Shown here piece by piece: positions 10,606-19,708 of a stretch of 64,000 nt of DNA. Every line of letters begins with the position of its first letter. The stretch's first letter is position 1. The DNA is from Bacteroidia bacterium (lineage in GTDB: Bacteria > Bacteroidota > Bacteroidia > M30B66): contig OZ257142.1 in the NCBI GenBank assembly GCA_965279035.1, positions 288,001 through 352,000 on the forward strand, read 5' to 3'. Under the pieces are notes generated by a model, which saw nothing but the letters and a program-made list of their open reading frames with translations, had not been told where the DNA came from and searched no databases. The position numbers and the translations under genes are program-made.

Positions 10606-10650
10606 GACTTTAATTTTAGATAAAGGTCAAAACGAATAAGAACGACTCCT

Positions 10651-10664
10651 ATGATAAGTGTCAT
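10651..10664. promoter_or_regulatory. imperfect palindrome ATGATAAGTGTCAT, possible operator
   Basis: ATGA-N6-TCAT dyad about 45 bp upstream of the oxidoreductase start in a divergent intergenic region. Confidence 0.3.
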
Positions 10665-10816
10665 GAAATCAATAATTAACATCGTACTTTCTTTGGTTTG
10701 TTACAAAAATAAATTTCGATTTAATTAATCTTAGTTAGTCGATAATAGCATGTTGAAATTATACTTTCAAAAGCAACTGTTTCATTTGAATTTCTTTTAT
10801 TTATTGAGACGAATTT

Positions 10817-11554
10817 ATGAAAGCACAAAAAATACTGAGTTCAGTTTTGGTTTGCTTAGGCTTAACGCTGTTGAGCTCTTGTGCTGTTAGCTATATCGCT
10901 GATTTCAACAGCAATCAACCCGAATTATTCGAAAAAAAGAATGATGTTCGAATTACAGGGAATGTGAATGCGACCATGACTGAGAGGTTCATGGGAGGAG
11001 ATTTGCCTTTTGGAGGAGAACTTCATGCGAGTTATGCCATTTCACATCGCTATTATGTCGAAACTGGATATAGATCGGGAGGATGGTACAATCCATTTGG
11101 GCTTGATTTCTTTTCGCGTTTTAGAAGCTTTACACTGGGTGGAGGGTATTACCATATGACAGAAAAGCGCCACTATTTTCAAGCAGGTTTACGCTATGTT
11201 CAAGGTGATGAAGCACAATATGAAAACGATGCAGAAGATCGGTATTGGGAACATTGGCGTTCGGCTATTTTTTACCGAGGAGGCGATATGAATGCTTCTG
11301 CTTCAATTTATACTAAAGTTGGCCGATTGGGATTAACTACTCGCTTCTCTGTGTTAAGTAGTGTTCAAGATGCGCGATTTTCTAGATTTGGTGTATACTT
11401 CAATTATTCAACATCCGAAAAACGTCACTTCGTACTTTCGTTGACAACAGGTTTTGGAACGGCGCTTAGTCATGAACATCTTTATTTAAACAATTGCACA
11501 CTTATTTTGCGCCCAACACTAATTTACTGTTTCAATACAAGTAGAAAAAAATAG
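10817..11554 (+). CDS. hypothetical lipoprotein, possibly beta-barrel-like
   Basis: Lipobox LLSSC; alternating aromatic/Gly beta-strand patterns. Confidence 0.6.
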   Translation: MKAQKILSSVLVCLGLTLLSSCAVSYIADFNSNQPELFEKKNDVRITGNVNATMTERFMGGDLPFGGELHASYAISHRYYVETGYRSGGWYNPFGLDFFSRFRSFTLGGGYYHMTEKRHYFQAGLRYVQGDEAQYENDAEDRYWEHWRSAIFYRGGDMNASASIYTKVGRLGLTTRFSVLSSVQDARFSRFGVYFNYSTSEKRHFVLSLTTGFGTALSHEHLYLNNCTLILRPTLIYCFNTSRKK

Positions 11555-11617
11555 AACCCTGATAACGGTTCAAAATAACCCAAATTCGAAATCCCCATTC
11601 TTTTCTATTTTTGCAAA

Positions 11618-12310
11618 ATGAAACCTACCTACTTCTATTTCATTCTTTTACTTGCCATTGCCACAATCTCATCCTGCAAAAAAGACGAAGAACCAGCACC
11701 TCAACCCACCGAATTCACCTATACAGCCAACGATTCTATTGTATTCGAGCACAGTGGTACAATGCCGTATTCTGTTGCTGTTCAATGTAGCTTGGGAAAA
11801 GAATTTATTTCAAGTTTCTCCGGCTTATTCGATTCGTTTTCGAGTGGAGGAACCACATTAAGCATTCCTTCGAACGAGAGCCGGTCGTTCAATATATCTT
11901 TTAATCAGTTCGGTGTTACTCCAGGTGCTTATCCATGCACTCTTTCTGTTGCGGTTCCTAATGAGAACAATGCATTAAAAACAAAAGTTGTTCAGATGGT
12001 TTATCGCCCAAATTGTGGATATGCATTCAGAAATTACACCATCGGACAAATCACTTTTGTGAGCAATGGGATTTTACTCAATAAAACCATTAGCTGTAGC
12101 TATAACACTTCTGGACAATTGGTTGTATCGGGCTTAACAACCTTTGATGTTACACTCAATTTCGATTGTACAAATAACACGGTAACGATGGATCCTGTCG
12201 TAAATAATGGATTTTTAAATACTGGCAGTGGACAAATTGAAGGAACCGAGATAGCCCTTCAAATGTATAGTGATGGCGTTTTGCATTCCAATTCTCGTAT
12301 TAAGTTTTGA
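11618..12310 (+). CDS. hypothetical lipoprotein, beta-rich
   Basis: ISSCKKDEE lipobox with a K/D/E surface-export-like signal; TATTTTTG box at 11606-11613. Confidence 0.7.
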   Translation: MKPTYFYFILLLAIATISSCKKDEEPAPQPTEFTYTANDSIVFEHSGTMPYSVAVQCSLGKEFISSFSGLFDSFSSGGTTLSIPSNESRSFNISFNQFGVTPGAYPCTLSVAVPNENNALKTKVVQMVYRPNCGYAFRNYTIGQITFVSNGILLNKTISCSYNTSGQLVVSGLTTFDVTLNFDCTNNTVTMDPVVNNGFLNTGSGQIEGTEIALQMYSDGVLHSNSRIKF

Positions 12311-12369
12311 GTGTGCAATAAATGCTCAAACTCATAGAGAAATTTTGATTGAACGAGAATGCCGCGGCA

Positions 12370-12473
12370 GGGAATGAAGCGAATACCCAGCAGTATCTGC
12401 CAAAACAAAGTGAGGGCAAATATGAGGTTCCGATAGCTATCGGAAAGCAGCGAAATACCCGGTTCAGCCGCCC
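12370..12473. repeat. intergenic structured repeat element containing the perfect palindrome TTCCGATAGCTATCGGAA (12428-12445)
   Basis: GC-rich segment between convergent genes. Its core CCGATAGCTATCGG is identical to the palindrome core in the tRNA array. Its ends resemble the reverse strand of about 40415-40510. Confidence 0.55.
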
Positions 12474-12497
12474 TCAAAATGAAGAAACACGTATGAA

Positions 12498-13490
12498 CTA
12501 AATGAATTCGTTCGTGCTTTTGGGAGCATGTTGGTTAGAAAAATACCAATCGAACGTACGTTTAACGCCTTCTTGAAGATTTACTTTGGGTTGATAACCT
12601 AAAGCTGCAACCTTAGAAATATCTGGACAACGACGCGAAACAGAACCCGATGTGATTGGCAAATGGTTTAAGGTATAACGTGTTTGAACGTTCGAGAAAA
12701 CCGAATCAACAACCTGCTTGATCGAAACTTCCTCTGGATTTCCAAGATGGTAAATGTTGCGGTGAGCGCCATGATGATACATCACCCAAAAAGCTTCTAT
12801 TAAATCGTCGATATAGCAAAACGCCCTGGTTTCGCTGCCATCACCTTGAATATCGAATTGAATTTGATCGCCTTTTTGATTTTCAATTTCCTCCAAAGCA
12901 CGAATGATAAATTGAGGAATAACGTGCTTGGTTCCCATATCGGGACCGTAAATATTGTGCGGACGAAATACCTGAAGCTTTTCGAAATGCTCCCGGTAAA
13001 AATTCATAGCGAGCACTTCCGAAATCAATTTACTTGCACCATAGGAATAGCGCGGATTGAGAGGATCTGGAACCTTTAAAATAACCGATTCTGGAGTTGG
13101 GATTTGTTCTGGATCTTGATAGGCTTCGGCACTGGATGCTACAACCAATTCCTTGATGTTATTGGCTTTGCATGCGTCCAAAACATTGAACATGCCTTTA
13201 ATTCCTACTTCCAAAATCACATCAGGTATTTTGTAGAAATTTTCGGTTCCGTTAATCGCTGCTAAATGGAAAATAGCTTGACAACCTTTCGTCGCCTCTG
13301 TGAGCGCATTTAAATCGAGTATGTCTACTTGAGCAAGCGTGATATTTTCAACTCCGTCCAAACGTGCCGGCGTTCCACGCATGAAATTGTCGATAACAAC
13401 CACATGATAACCAGCACTAGCAAATCGCCGAACCAAATATGCTCCAATAAATCCTGCGCCGCCGGTAATGGCTACTGTCTTTGTATTCAT
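12498..13490 (-). CDS. NAD-dependent nucleotide-sugar epimerase/dehydratase (extended SDR)
   Basis: TGGAGFIG, FHLAA, YGASK catalytic YxxxK, RPHNIYGP. Confidence 0.92.
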   Translation of the reverse strand: MNTKTVAITGGAGFIGAYLVRRFASAGYHVVVIDNFMRGTPARLDGVENITLAQVDILDLNALTEATKGCQAIFHLAAINGTENFYKIPDVILEVGIKGMFNVLDACKANNIKELVVASSAEAYQDPEQIPTPESVILKVPDPLNPRYSYGASKLISEVLAMNFYREHFEKLQVFRPHNIYGPDMGTKHVIPQFIIRALEEIENQKGDQIQFDIQGDGSETRAFCYIDDLIEAFWVMYHHGAHRNIYHLGNPEEVSIKQVVDSVFSNVQTRYTLNHLPITSGSVSRRCPDISKVAALGYQPKVNLQEGVKRTFDWYFSNQHAPKSTNEFI

Positions 13491-13500
13491 GGTGTTGTGT

Positions 13501-14835
13501 TTAAATCTGACGTAAAAATGCCGTGTGGTTTCCTAATACAATGTAACGATCCTTGTATGCTTCGCGATCGAATGCATTGAAGCTATTCCAATAATCGTAA
13601 ACGAGAAGTGAAGTAGGATTTTGATCGAAGATTTGAGGCCAAGGTGCTTTTTTAAACACGGGATGATTGTTTGTAATCACAATCAAGGTATTGCGAGAAG
13701 CCGCTTCACTTAATGATGATTCATAGTGAAGTCCGAGCCCTTCGATTGTTTTCTGATTTAACTGTGGATCAAAGCCCGAAAAGCTAGCTTGAGGATAGCG
13801 TTGTTTTAATTCCGCAATTATGTCGAGCGCCATGGAACCGCGCAAATCGTCCGTTTCGGGAAAGCCTTTAAAAGTGAGGCCTGCAATGAGAATATTTTGG
13901 GGAGAGCTGTTGTTTTTCTTCTGGTAAGCGTCAACAATAAAATCAACCGTTTCGACTGGCTGACGTTCATTTACCAAGCGTGCTGATTTTGTTACTTCAA
14001 GCTCATTCAACCCATAAAGCTTTGCACTTTGATTGAGAATGTGTGGATCTTTTTCCAAACAAGGACCGCCAACCAATCCCGGCAAAGCCACGTTGGTTCT
14101 TGGATAGCCCAATTTTCCACCATTGATTACTTCATAGGCATTGATGCCGGCTGCATCGCAAATACGAGCGACTTCGTTCCCGAAAGAAAAAATCACATCG
14201 CGGTAAGTATTATCAACCAACTTGATTAATTCAGCCGTTTCAAGCGTAGAAACTTTGATGGTGGTCGGTGTTAGTCGACCGAAGAGCACAGCACAACGTT
14301 CGCGTGTTTCGAGGTCGTCGGAGCCAATAATTTGTGGGAGATAGTGTAGTTCTTTGAGAGCAGATCCTTCTAAGGTGCGTTCTGGACAAACAGCTATTTG
14401 ATAATTAAAACCCGTTTGATCGAGGATAGGTGAAATGATTTTCCGTGCAGTACCCAAACGAACCGTTGAACGAAGAATAACCAAGTCGCCATCTGCCATC
14501 GTAGCGGCTATTTCGCGTGTGGCATTTTCGATCATGTCGAGACGGATTTTATCATCTGCCCCAAGCGGAGTTCCAACGGTAATAATGTAAACGCTCGGTT
14601 TGAAAGGAAGATCTTGAAGCGTTTGTGAAAATGTAAAGCGTTGTTTTTTTAGAGCTGATTTTATTTCTGACTCTAGGCCTTCTTCAAAAAATGTCGGATT
14701 TCCGAGAGCTAATTGATCGAGAACCTCTTTTCGAACTTCTAAACCATGTACTTGATAGTCGGCATTGGCAAGACTAACGGCTAGCGTCAATCCAACATAC
14801 CCCAATCCCAATACACAAATGTTTTCCTGATTCAA
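13501..14835 (-). CDS. UDP-N-acetylhexosamine/nucleotide-sugar dehydrogenase (WecC-like)
   Basis: GLGYVG, ILRSTV, CPER, KLVDNTYRD, VGGPCLEKDP with catalytic Cys; TTG start uncertain. Confidence 0.9.
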   Translation of the reverse strand: MNQENICVLGLGYVGLTLAVSLANADYQVHGLEVRKEVLDQLALGNPTFFEEGLESEIKSALKKQRFTFSQTLQDLPFKPSVYIITVGTPLGADDKIRLDMIENATREIAATMADGDLVILRSTVRLGTARKIISPILDQTGFNYQIAVCPERTLEGSALKELHYLPQIIGSDDLETRERCAVLFGRLTPTTIKVSTLETAELIKLVDNTYRDVIFSFGNEVARICDAAGINAYEVINGGKLGYPRTNVALPGLVGGPCLEKDPHILNQSAKLYGLNELEVTKSARLVNERQPVETVDFIVDAYQKKNNSSPQNILIAGLTFKGFPETDDLRGSMALDIIAELKQRYPQASFSGFDPQLNQKTIEGLGLHYESSLSEAASRNTLIVITNNHPVFKKAPWPQIFDQNPTSLLVYDYWNSFNAFDREAYKDRYIVLGNHTAFLRQI

Positions 14836-15047
14836 TTTTCTTGATTTTCATGCAAAGAAACAATACAATTTCAATTTGTAAAGAATTCATGATTTGAATA
14901 ATAATTCCCAGCAATGAATTGGAAACGAAATTCCATAAAACTGCTTTTGTATTTGTTTTTCCAATTCCCGATTGAATCTCAGGCAAATTATTTTTTCCAC
15001 TCTCCGCATAATAGGAAACACGTAAATTTCGCGTCTTTTCTATTCCA

Positions 15048-17963
15048 ATGATCCGATCCATTTCTATTCTATTTCTACTCCTTACTTTTCAATTACTAAG
15101 CGCACAAAGCAAGCCGGTAGATTACGTAAATCCATTTATTGGAACTGGTGGACATGGTCATACTTTTCCAGGTGCAACAACGCCATTTGGTATGGTGCAA
15201 TTGAGTCCGGATACGCGCATTGATGGATCTTGGGATGGCTGCGGAGGATACCATTACAGCGATTCGTTGATTTATGGTTTTTCGCATACACACCTTAGCG
15301 GAACAGGTTGTTCAGACTACGGCGACGTGTTGCTGATGCCATTGAGAAATAAGCCCGATTTCAGTAAAAAGCATTATCCCAGTTCCTTTTCACATAAAGC
15401 AGAAAGCGCTAGAGCTGGTTGGTATGAAGTGATTTTACGGGATGAATCGATACGTGCCGAATTAACTGCAAGCACTCGGGTAGGATTTCACCGTTATACT
15501 TTTCCTAGCAATCAAGGCTATCTCCTATTGGATTTACTTCATCGCGACGAATTACTTGAAGGAAGCATCGAACAGATTTCCGACAATCGAATTAGCGGAA
15601 TTCGAAGAAGTAAGGCTTGGGCAGAAGATCAGCTCGTTTATTTTGAAATGGAATTCTCCCAAAAAATTTCAGCTATAACGGGAGAAGCTGGAAATGAACG
15701 CGGAGATACTCGCATGGCTCTTTCGTTCGAAAACATGAATTCTCCCATGCTTGAGGTGAAGGTAGCTTTATCGTTTGCAACAGCAGCAGGAGCACATTTA
15801 AATCTCGAAACCGAAGGGAAAATTGGTTTTGATGAGGCAAAGAAAAATGCCAAAGAATTCTGGAACACAGAACTCAGCCGAATTGAAATCACTGGTGGAA
15901 AAGAAGAACAACGAAGTGTTTTCTACACTGCACTCTATCACACACTTATTCAACCCAATACAGTGAGCGATGTGGATGGAACATACCGCGGAATCGACAA
16001 GCTGATATACAAAACCGACGGTCATCCTTATTATTCCGTGTTTTCCCTTTGGGATACTTTCCGCGCAGCGCATCCTTTGTACACGATTCTTTATCCCGAA
16101 CGGACACGCGATTTTATCCGCACTTTTCTGCTCATGTACAAGCAAGGTGGTCGATTACCCGTTTGGGAATTAGCATCCAACGAAACCGACTGTATGATTG
16201 GTTACCACAGCGTGAGCGTGATTGCCGATGCTTGGTTCAAAGGAATCAGAGGTTTCGATACACAATTAGCATTGGAGGCCATGCAGGAAAGTGCTACTTG
16301 GAATCATTTGGGAATTCCAGAGTATATGGATCATGGATTTTTATCGGTTGATGATGAACACGAAAGCGTTTCCAAAACCTTGGAGTATGCCTATGATGAT
16401 TGGTGTATTGCCCGATTTGCTGAAGAAATGTATCAACCAACCATCTTTAAGAATTACGCCATTCGTTCGAAAAACTGGATGAATGTGTTTGATCCACTAA
16501 CGGGTTTTATGCGACCTAAAAAGAATGGCGCTTGGCTCGAACCTTTCGATCCTCGTCAGGTAAATAACCATTTTACAGAAGCCAATTCTTGGCAATACAG
16601 CTTCTTTGTTCCCCAAGATATTTACGGATTAGCTCAAGCTCATGGCGGACAAGATGCTTTGATAAAAAAACTCAACACCCTCTTTGAAACCGATTCCAAA
16701 ACAACCGGACGAACACAAAGCGATATTACCGGACTTATCGGCCAATACGCCCAAGGCAATGAGCCGAGTCATCATATGGCTTGGATGTTTAGTGTGTTGG
16801 GAGAGCCCAAACTTACACAGCAATACGTGAGAAGAATTTTAAGTGAGATGTATCACAATGCACCCGACGGACTTTCGGGCAATGAAGACTGTGGACAGAT
16901 GAGCGCTTGGTATGTGTTTGCAGCGATGGGATTTTATCCAATCTGTCCGGGCAATCCGAATTATGTGGTGGGCGCACCACTTTTTGATGAAATCCGCATC
17001 AAGCCAGTCAATGGAAAGCTATTTAGCATCAAAGCTCCGGGAGCAGGGAAAAGCAATTATACAGCAACTGTTGAAGGAAAAACAAACTTCTGGTTTAATC
17101 ACAGCAGCATCACCAATGGTGAATCCATCGCACTCAACATGGGCTCAAAAGCTCCAGCGAAACAAATTCTACAACAAGCACCCTTTAGTCTCGATTGGTC
17201 AACGATCAAAACAGTTCCCGTTCCTGTATTTTCTACATCACAACAAGTATTTCGAGATAGCTTGATTGTAAACATCGTTTCTGTTGATCCTGCGGCAAAA
17301 GTTTACTATACCACAAATGGTGAAGCTCCAACACGTCAATCTATTTTAGCAAAAGGTCCGATCAATATTCAAAATAGCAGCACCTTGAAAGCCATTGCTG
17401 TAAAAGACAGTGTTCAAAGTCCCGTTACTACAGCAAACTACCACAAAATCCCCCATAATTGGACTGTGAAAATTCTTTCCACTTATAATCCTCAATATAC
17501 TGCAGGTGGCGATCAAGGAATTATTGATGGATTATTTGGTGATGAAAACTGGCGTAAGGGCGACTGGCAAGGCTATCAGGGACAAGATTTCGAGTGTGTG
17601 GTAGATTTGCAAAAAGTGTCACTCGTTTCGGAAGTAGGCGCTTCTTTTCTTCAAGACACGCGCAGTTGGATACTTTTTCCTAAACAAGTGAGTTTTGAAT
17701 ATTCACTGGATGGTATCTCGTATCAACCATATCAAACGATCCAAAACACCATCGACCCCAAGGATAATACGGTCCAACTAAAGAAATTTGACTATGGATT
17801 ATCTGCTTCAACTCCATCAGGATCGGAACCCAAAGTTGCTCCGGTTTCAACTCCAATGCGCTATTTACGCGTAATAGCGAAAAATTTTGGCGTCCTTCCT
17901 GCATGGCATCAAGGTGCTGGTGGCGAAGCATTCATTTTCATCGATGAGATTTGGGCTAATTAG
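15048..17963 (+). CDS. GH92 alpha-mannosidase with C-terminal FN3-associated and F5/8-type domains
   Basis: VNPFIGT, PFGMVQLSPDT, FSHTHLSGTG, FSLWDTFR, SKTLEYAYDD, GNEPSHH, GNEDCGQMSAW. Confidence 0.95.
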   Translation: MIRSISILFLLLTFQLLSAQSKPVDYVNPFIGTGGHGHTFPGATTPFGMVQLSPDTRIDGSWDGCGGYHYSDSLIYGFSHTHLSGTGCSDYGDVLLMPLRNKPDFSKKHYPSSFSHKAESARAGWYEVILRDESIRAELTASTRVGFHRYTFPSNQGYLLLDLLHRDELLEGSIEQISDNRISGIRRSKAWAEDQLVYFEMEFSQKISAITGEAGNERGDTRMALSFENMNSPMLEVKVALSFATAAGAHLNLETEGKIGFDEAKKNAKEFWNTELSRIEITGGKEEQRSVFYTALYHTLIQPNTVSDVDGTYRGIDKLIYKTDGHPYYSVFSLWDTFRAAHPLYTILYPERTRDFIRTFLLMYKQGGRLPVWELASNETDCMIGYHSVSVIADAWFKGIRGFDTQLALEAMQESATWNHLGIPEYMDHGFLSVDDEHESVSKTLEYAYDDWCIARFAEEMYQPTIFKNYAIRSKNWMNVFDPLTGFMRPKKNGAWLEPFDPRQVNNHFTEANSWQYSFFVPQDIYGLAQAHGGQDALIKKLNTLFETDSKTTGRTQSDITGLIGQYAQGNEPSHHMAWMFSVLGEPKLTQQYVRRILSEMYHNAPDGLSGNEDCGQMSAWYVFAAMGFYPICPGNPNYVVGAPLFDEIRIKPVNGKLFSIKAPGAGKSNYTATVEGKTNFWFNHSSITNGESIALNMGSKAPAKQILQQAPFSLDWSTIKTVPVPVFSTSQQVFRDSLIVNIVSVDPAAKVYYTTNGEAPTRQSILAKGPINIQNSSTLKAIAVKDSVQSPVTTANYHKIPHNWTVKILSTYNPQYTAGGDQGIIDGLFGDENWRKGDWQGYQGQDFECVVDLQKVSLVSEVGASFLQDTRSWILFPKQVSFEYSLDGISYQPYQTIQNTIDPKDNTVQLKKFDYGLSASTPSGSEPKVAPVSTPMRYLRVIAKNFGVLPAWHQGAGGEAFIFIDEIWAN

Positions 17964-17977
17964 AGCAAATCCGACCA

Positions 17978-18065
17978 TTGCCCTTGTTATCTTACAAATT
18001 TTGTCAATAATTGCCCTTGTTATCTTACAAATATTTGTTATTTTTGCCCTTGTTATCTTACAAAT
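17978..18065 (+). repeat. three exact 22-bp direct repeats TTGCCCTTGTTATCTTACAAAT, period 33 bp
   Basis: Copies at 17978-17999, 18011-18032 and 18044-18065 with 11-bp AT-rich spacers; the last ends 3 bp before the ATPase ATG. Confidence 0.95.
18039..18046 (+). promoter_or_regulatory. Bacteroidota -7 promoter element TATTTTTG
   Basis: Matches TAnnTTTG; overlaps the third 22-bp repeat upstream of the ATPase gene. Confidence 0.55.
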
Positions 18066-18068
18066 TAA

Positions 18069-19445
18069 ATGCTACACATTCGTCGGAAAGGGCTTATTTT
18101 ACTGGAACAATGGAGAGCTAAGAAAGGAAGAAAACCATTGGTTCTTCGTGGAGCCCGCCAAGTTGGTAAAACAACCCTCGTTCACGACTTCGCCAAAAAC
18201 TATACTCAGTTCATTTCACTCAACCTAGAACTAGCTGCTGATAAAAAGCTTTTCTCGGAAGATATGGATGTGGCGGCACTTATGAGTAGACTTATAATTA
18301 GAGAATCGATAAAGCCGAATTGGGAAAACACATTACTGTTTATTGATGAGATTCAAGAAGTGCCGGATGCCATTCAAATGCTGCGTTATTTCTATGAGCA
18401 TTTTCCCGATCTCTCCGTCATTGCAGCTGGCTCGCTATTAGAATTTGCTTTGGGAAGTGTGCGTAGTTTCCCTGTTGGGCGCGTTGAGTTTCAGTATTTA
18501 CATCCATTGTCGTTTGAGGAATTCCTGATCGCGTTGGATAAGCAACAAGCCATAAATGCAATGAAGCAAGTTCCGGTTCCTGACTTTGCTGTAGATGAAC
18601 TTCAGAAACTGTTTAATCAGTATTGTCTTTTAGGTGGAATGCCCGAAGTGTTGGCACGTTATCGAGAAGACGGCAATATGTTCAACATACAACAGATCTA
18701 CGAAAGCATATGGAAGTCGTATCAAAGTGATGTAGAAAAATACGGAGGAAATAAGTTAGCGAAACAAATGATTCGGTTTGTTCTAAATAATGCTCCTGCG
18801 AGCTTCGATCAAAGAATTACCTTCCAAAATTTTGGACAATCAACTTACCGAACACGAGAAATAGGAGAAGCATTTCGACAACTCCATGATACAGGATTGT
18901 TGCGCTTAATTTACCCTACAACAGAAGTCAAAACGCCAATGCTTCCCGATTACAAAAAAAGTCCCCGCATGCAGTTTTTAGACTGTGGATTATTGGTGAA
19001 TCGTCTTGGAATACTTGCAGAATTAATTGGATTGGAAGACTTAAGTGATGCGGCAAGAGGAGCGCTTATTCCACACTGTGTGTTTCAAGAACGTATTGCC
19101 ATTCAAGACTACACTGATAATTCGCCTTTTTTCTGGGTGAGGGAGAAGTCGCAATCGAGCGCCGAAGTTGATTTAATTATTCAACGAGGCTCCCTCGTTA
19201 TTCCCGTAGAAATAAAATCAGGAAGCATTGGGAAACTTCGATCCTTGCATGCTTTCATGGATCAATCACCATCAACCATTGCCATTCGTCTTCACCAAGG
19301 AAAAGCAGCTGTTGATGAAGTAAAAACACCATCGGGAAAGATCTATTCCTTGTTAAGCCTTCCTTACTTTTTAGCAGCATCGCTGGAAACATACATTGAA
19401 AACTGGCGAAATGAAGATGAAAAATCCTGGAAATTGATTTCGTGA
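18069..19445 (+). CDS. AAA_14 ATPase with DUF4143-like region and C-terminal PD-(D/E)XK-like motif
   Basis: Walker A GARQVGKT, Walker B LFIDEIQ, GGMPE, C-terminal EVDLII...PVEIKSG. Confidence 0.88.
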   Translation: MLHIRRKGLILLEQWRAKKGRKPLVLRGARQVGKTTLVHDFAKNYTQFISLNLELAADKKLFSEDMDVAALMSRLIIRESIKPNWENTLLFIDEIQEVPDAIQMLRYFYEHFPDLSVIAAGSLLEFALGSVRSFPVGRVEFQYLHPLSFEEFLIALDKQQAINAMKQVPVPDFAVDELQKLFNQYCLLGGMPEVLARYREDGNMFNIQQIYESIWKSYQSDVEKYGGNKLAKQMIRFVLNNAPASFDQRITFQNFGQSTYRTREIGEAFRQLHDTGLLRLIYPTTEVKTPMLPDYKKSPRMQFLDCGLLVNRLGILAELIGLEDLSDAARGALIPHCVFQERIAIQDYTDNSPFFWVREKSQSSAEVDLIIQRGSLVIPVEIKSGSIGKLRSLHAFMDQSPSTIAIRLHQGKAAVDEVKTPSGKIYSLLSLPYFLAASLETYIENWRNEDEKSWKLIS

Positions 19446-19466
19446 TTTACTTTGTTCTATTTTAAA

Positions 19467-19534
19467 CTCCCCTCTCCTGCCACATAGTGGTCCCTACGGG
19501 AAGGAGAAGGGCCGGGGGTGAGGTCAACGAATGC
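19467..19534. repeat. REP-like palindrome (CCCCTCTCC...GGAGAAGGGCCGGGGGTGAGG) with nested mini-hairpins
   Basis: Inverted arms; GCCGGGGGTGAGGTC at 19511-19525 recurs exactly at 40328-40342. Confidence 0.7.
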
Positions 19535-19589
19535 CCCAATTTGAATATCTTTTACCAAAGAAAACCCTCTTCCTTTTTTGCTTTAAATA

Positions 19590-19687
19590 CGATACATCCT
19601 AATTAAAACGAAGAATTTAAGCTTCTACTATAATGGTATCAGTACGCCGGTGGTTATGCCTTTATTGATGAGATTTGGGCTAATTAG
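19590..19687 (+). pseudogene. decayed duplicate of the GH92 3' end
   Basis: The 21 bp GATGAGATTTGGGCTAATTAG are identical to 17943-17963. Upstream it reads RYILIKTKN...WYQYAGGYAFIDEIWAN*, versus GH92 RYLRVIAKN...WHQGAGGEAFIFIDEIWAN*, with indels. Confidence 0.8.
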
Positions 19688-19708
19688 TTTCTTGCTTTCT
19701 AAAACCAA

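Noticed and set aside
14774-15061. 95-aa ORF in the divergent intergenic region
   Set aside because: It overlaps both neighbours and has no motif; probably promoter DNA.
17978-18065. Mini-CRISPR
   Set aside because: The 11-bp spacers are too short, the repeat is not palindromic, and no cas genes are present.
17887-18228. 113-aa ORF with repeated IALVILQI
   Set aside because: It is the translation of the 33-bp DNA repeats and overlaps two real genes.
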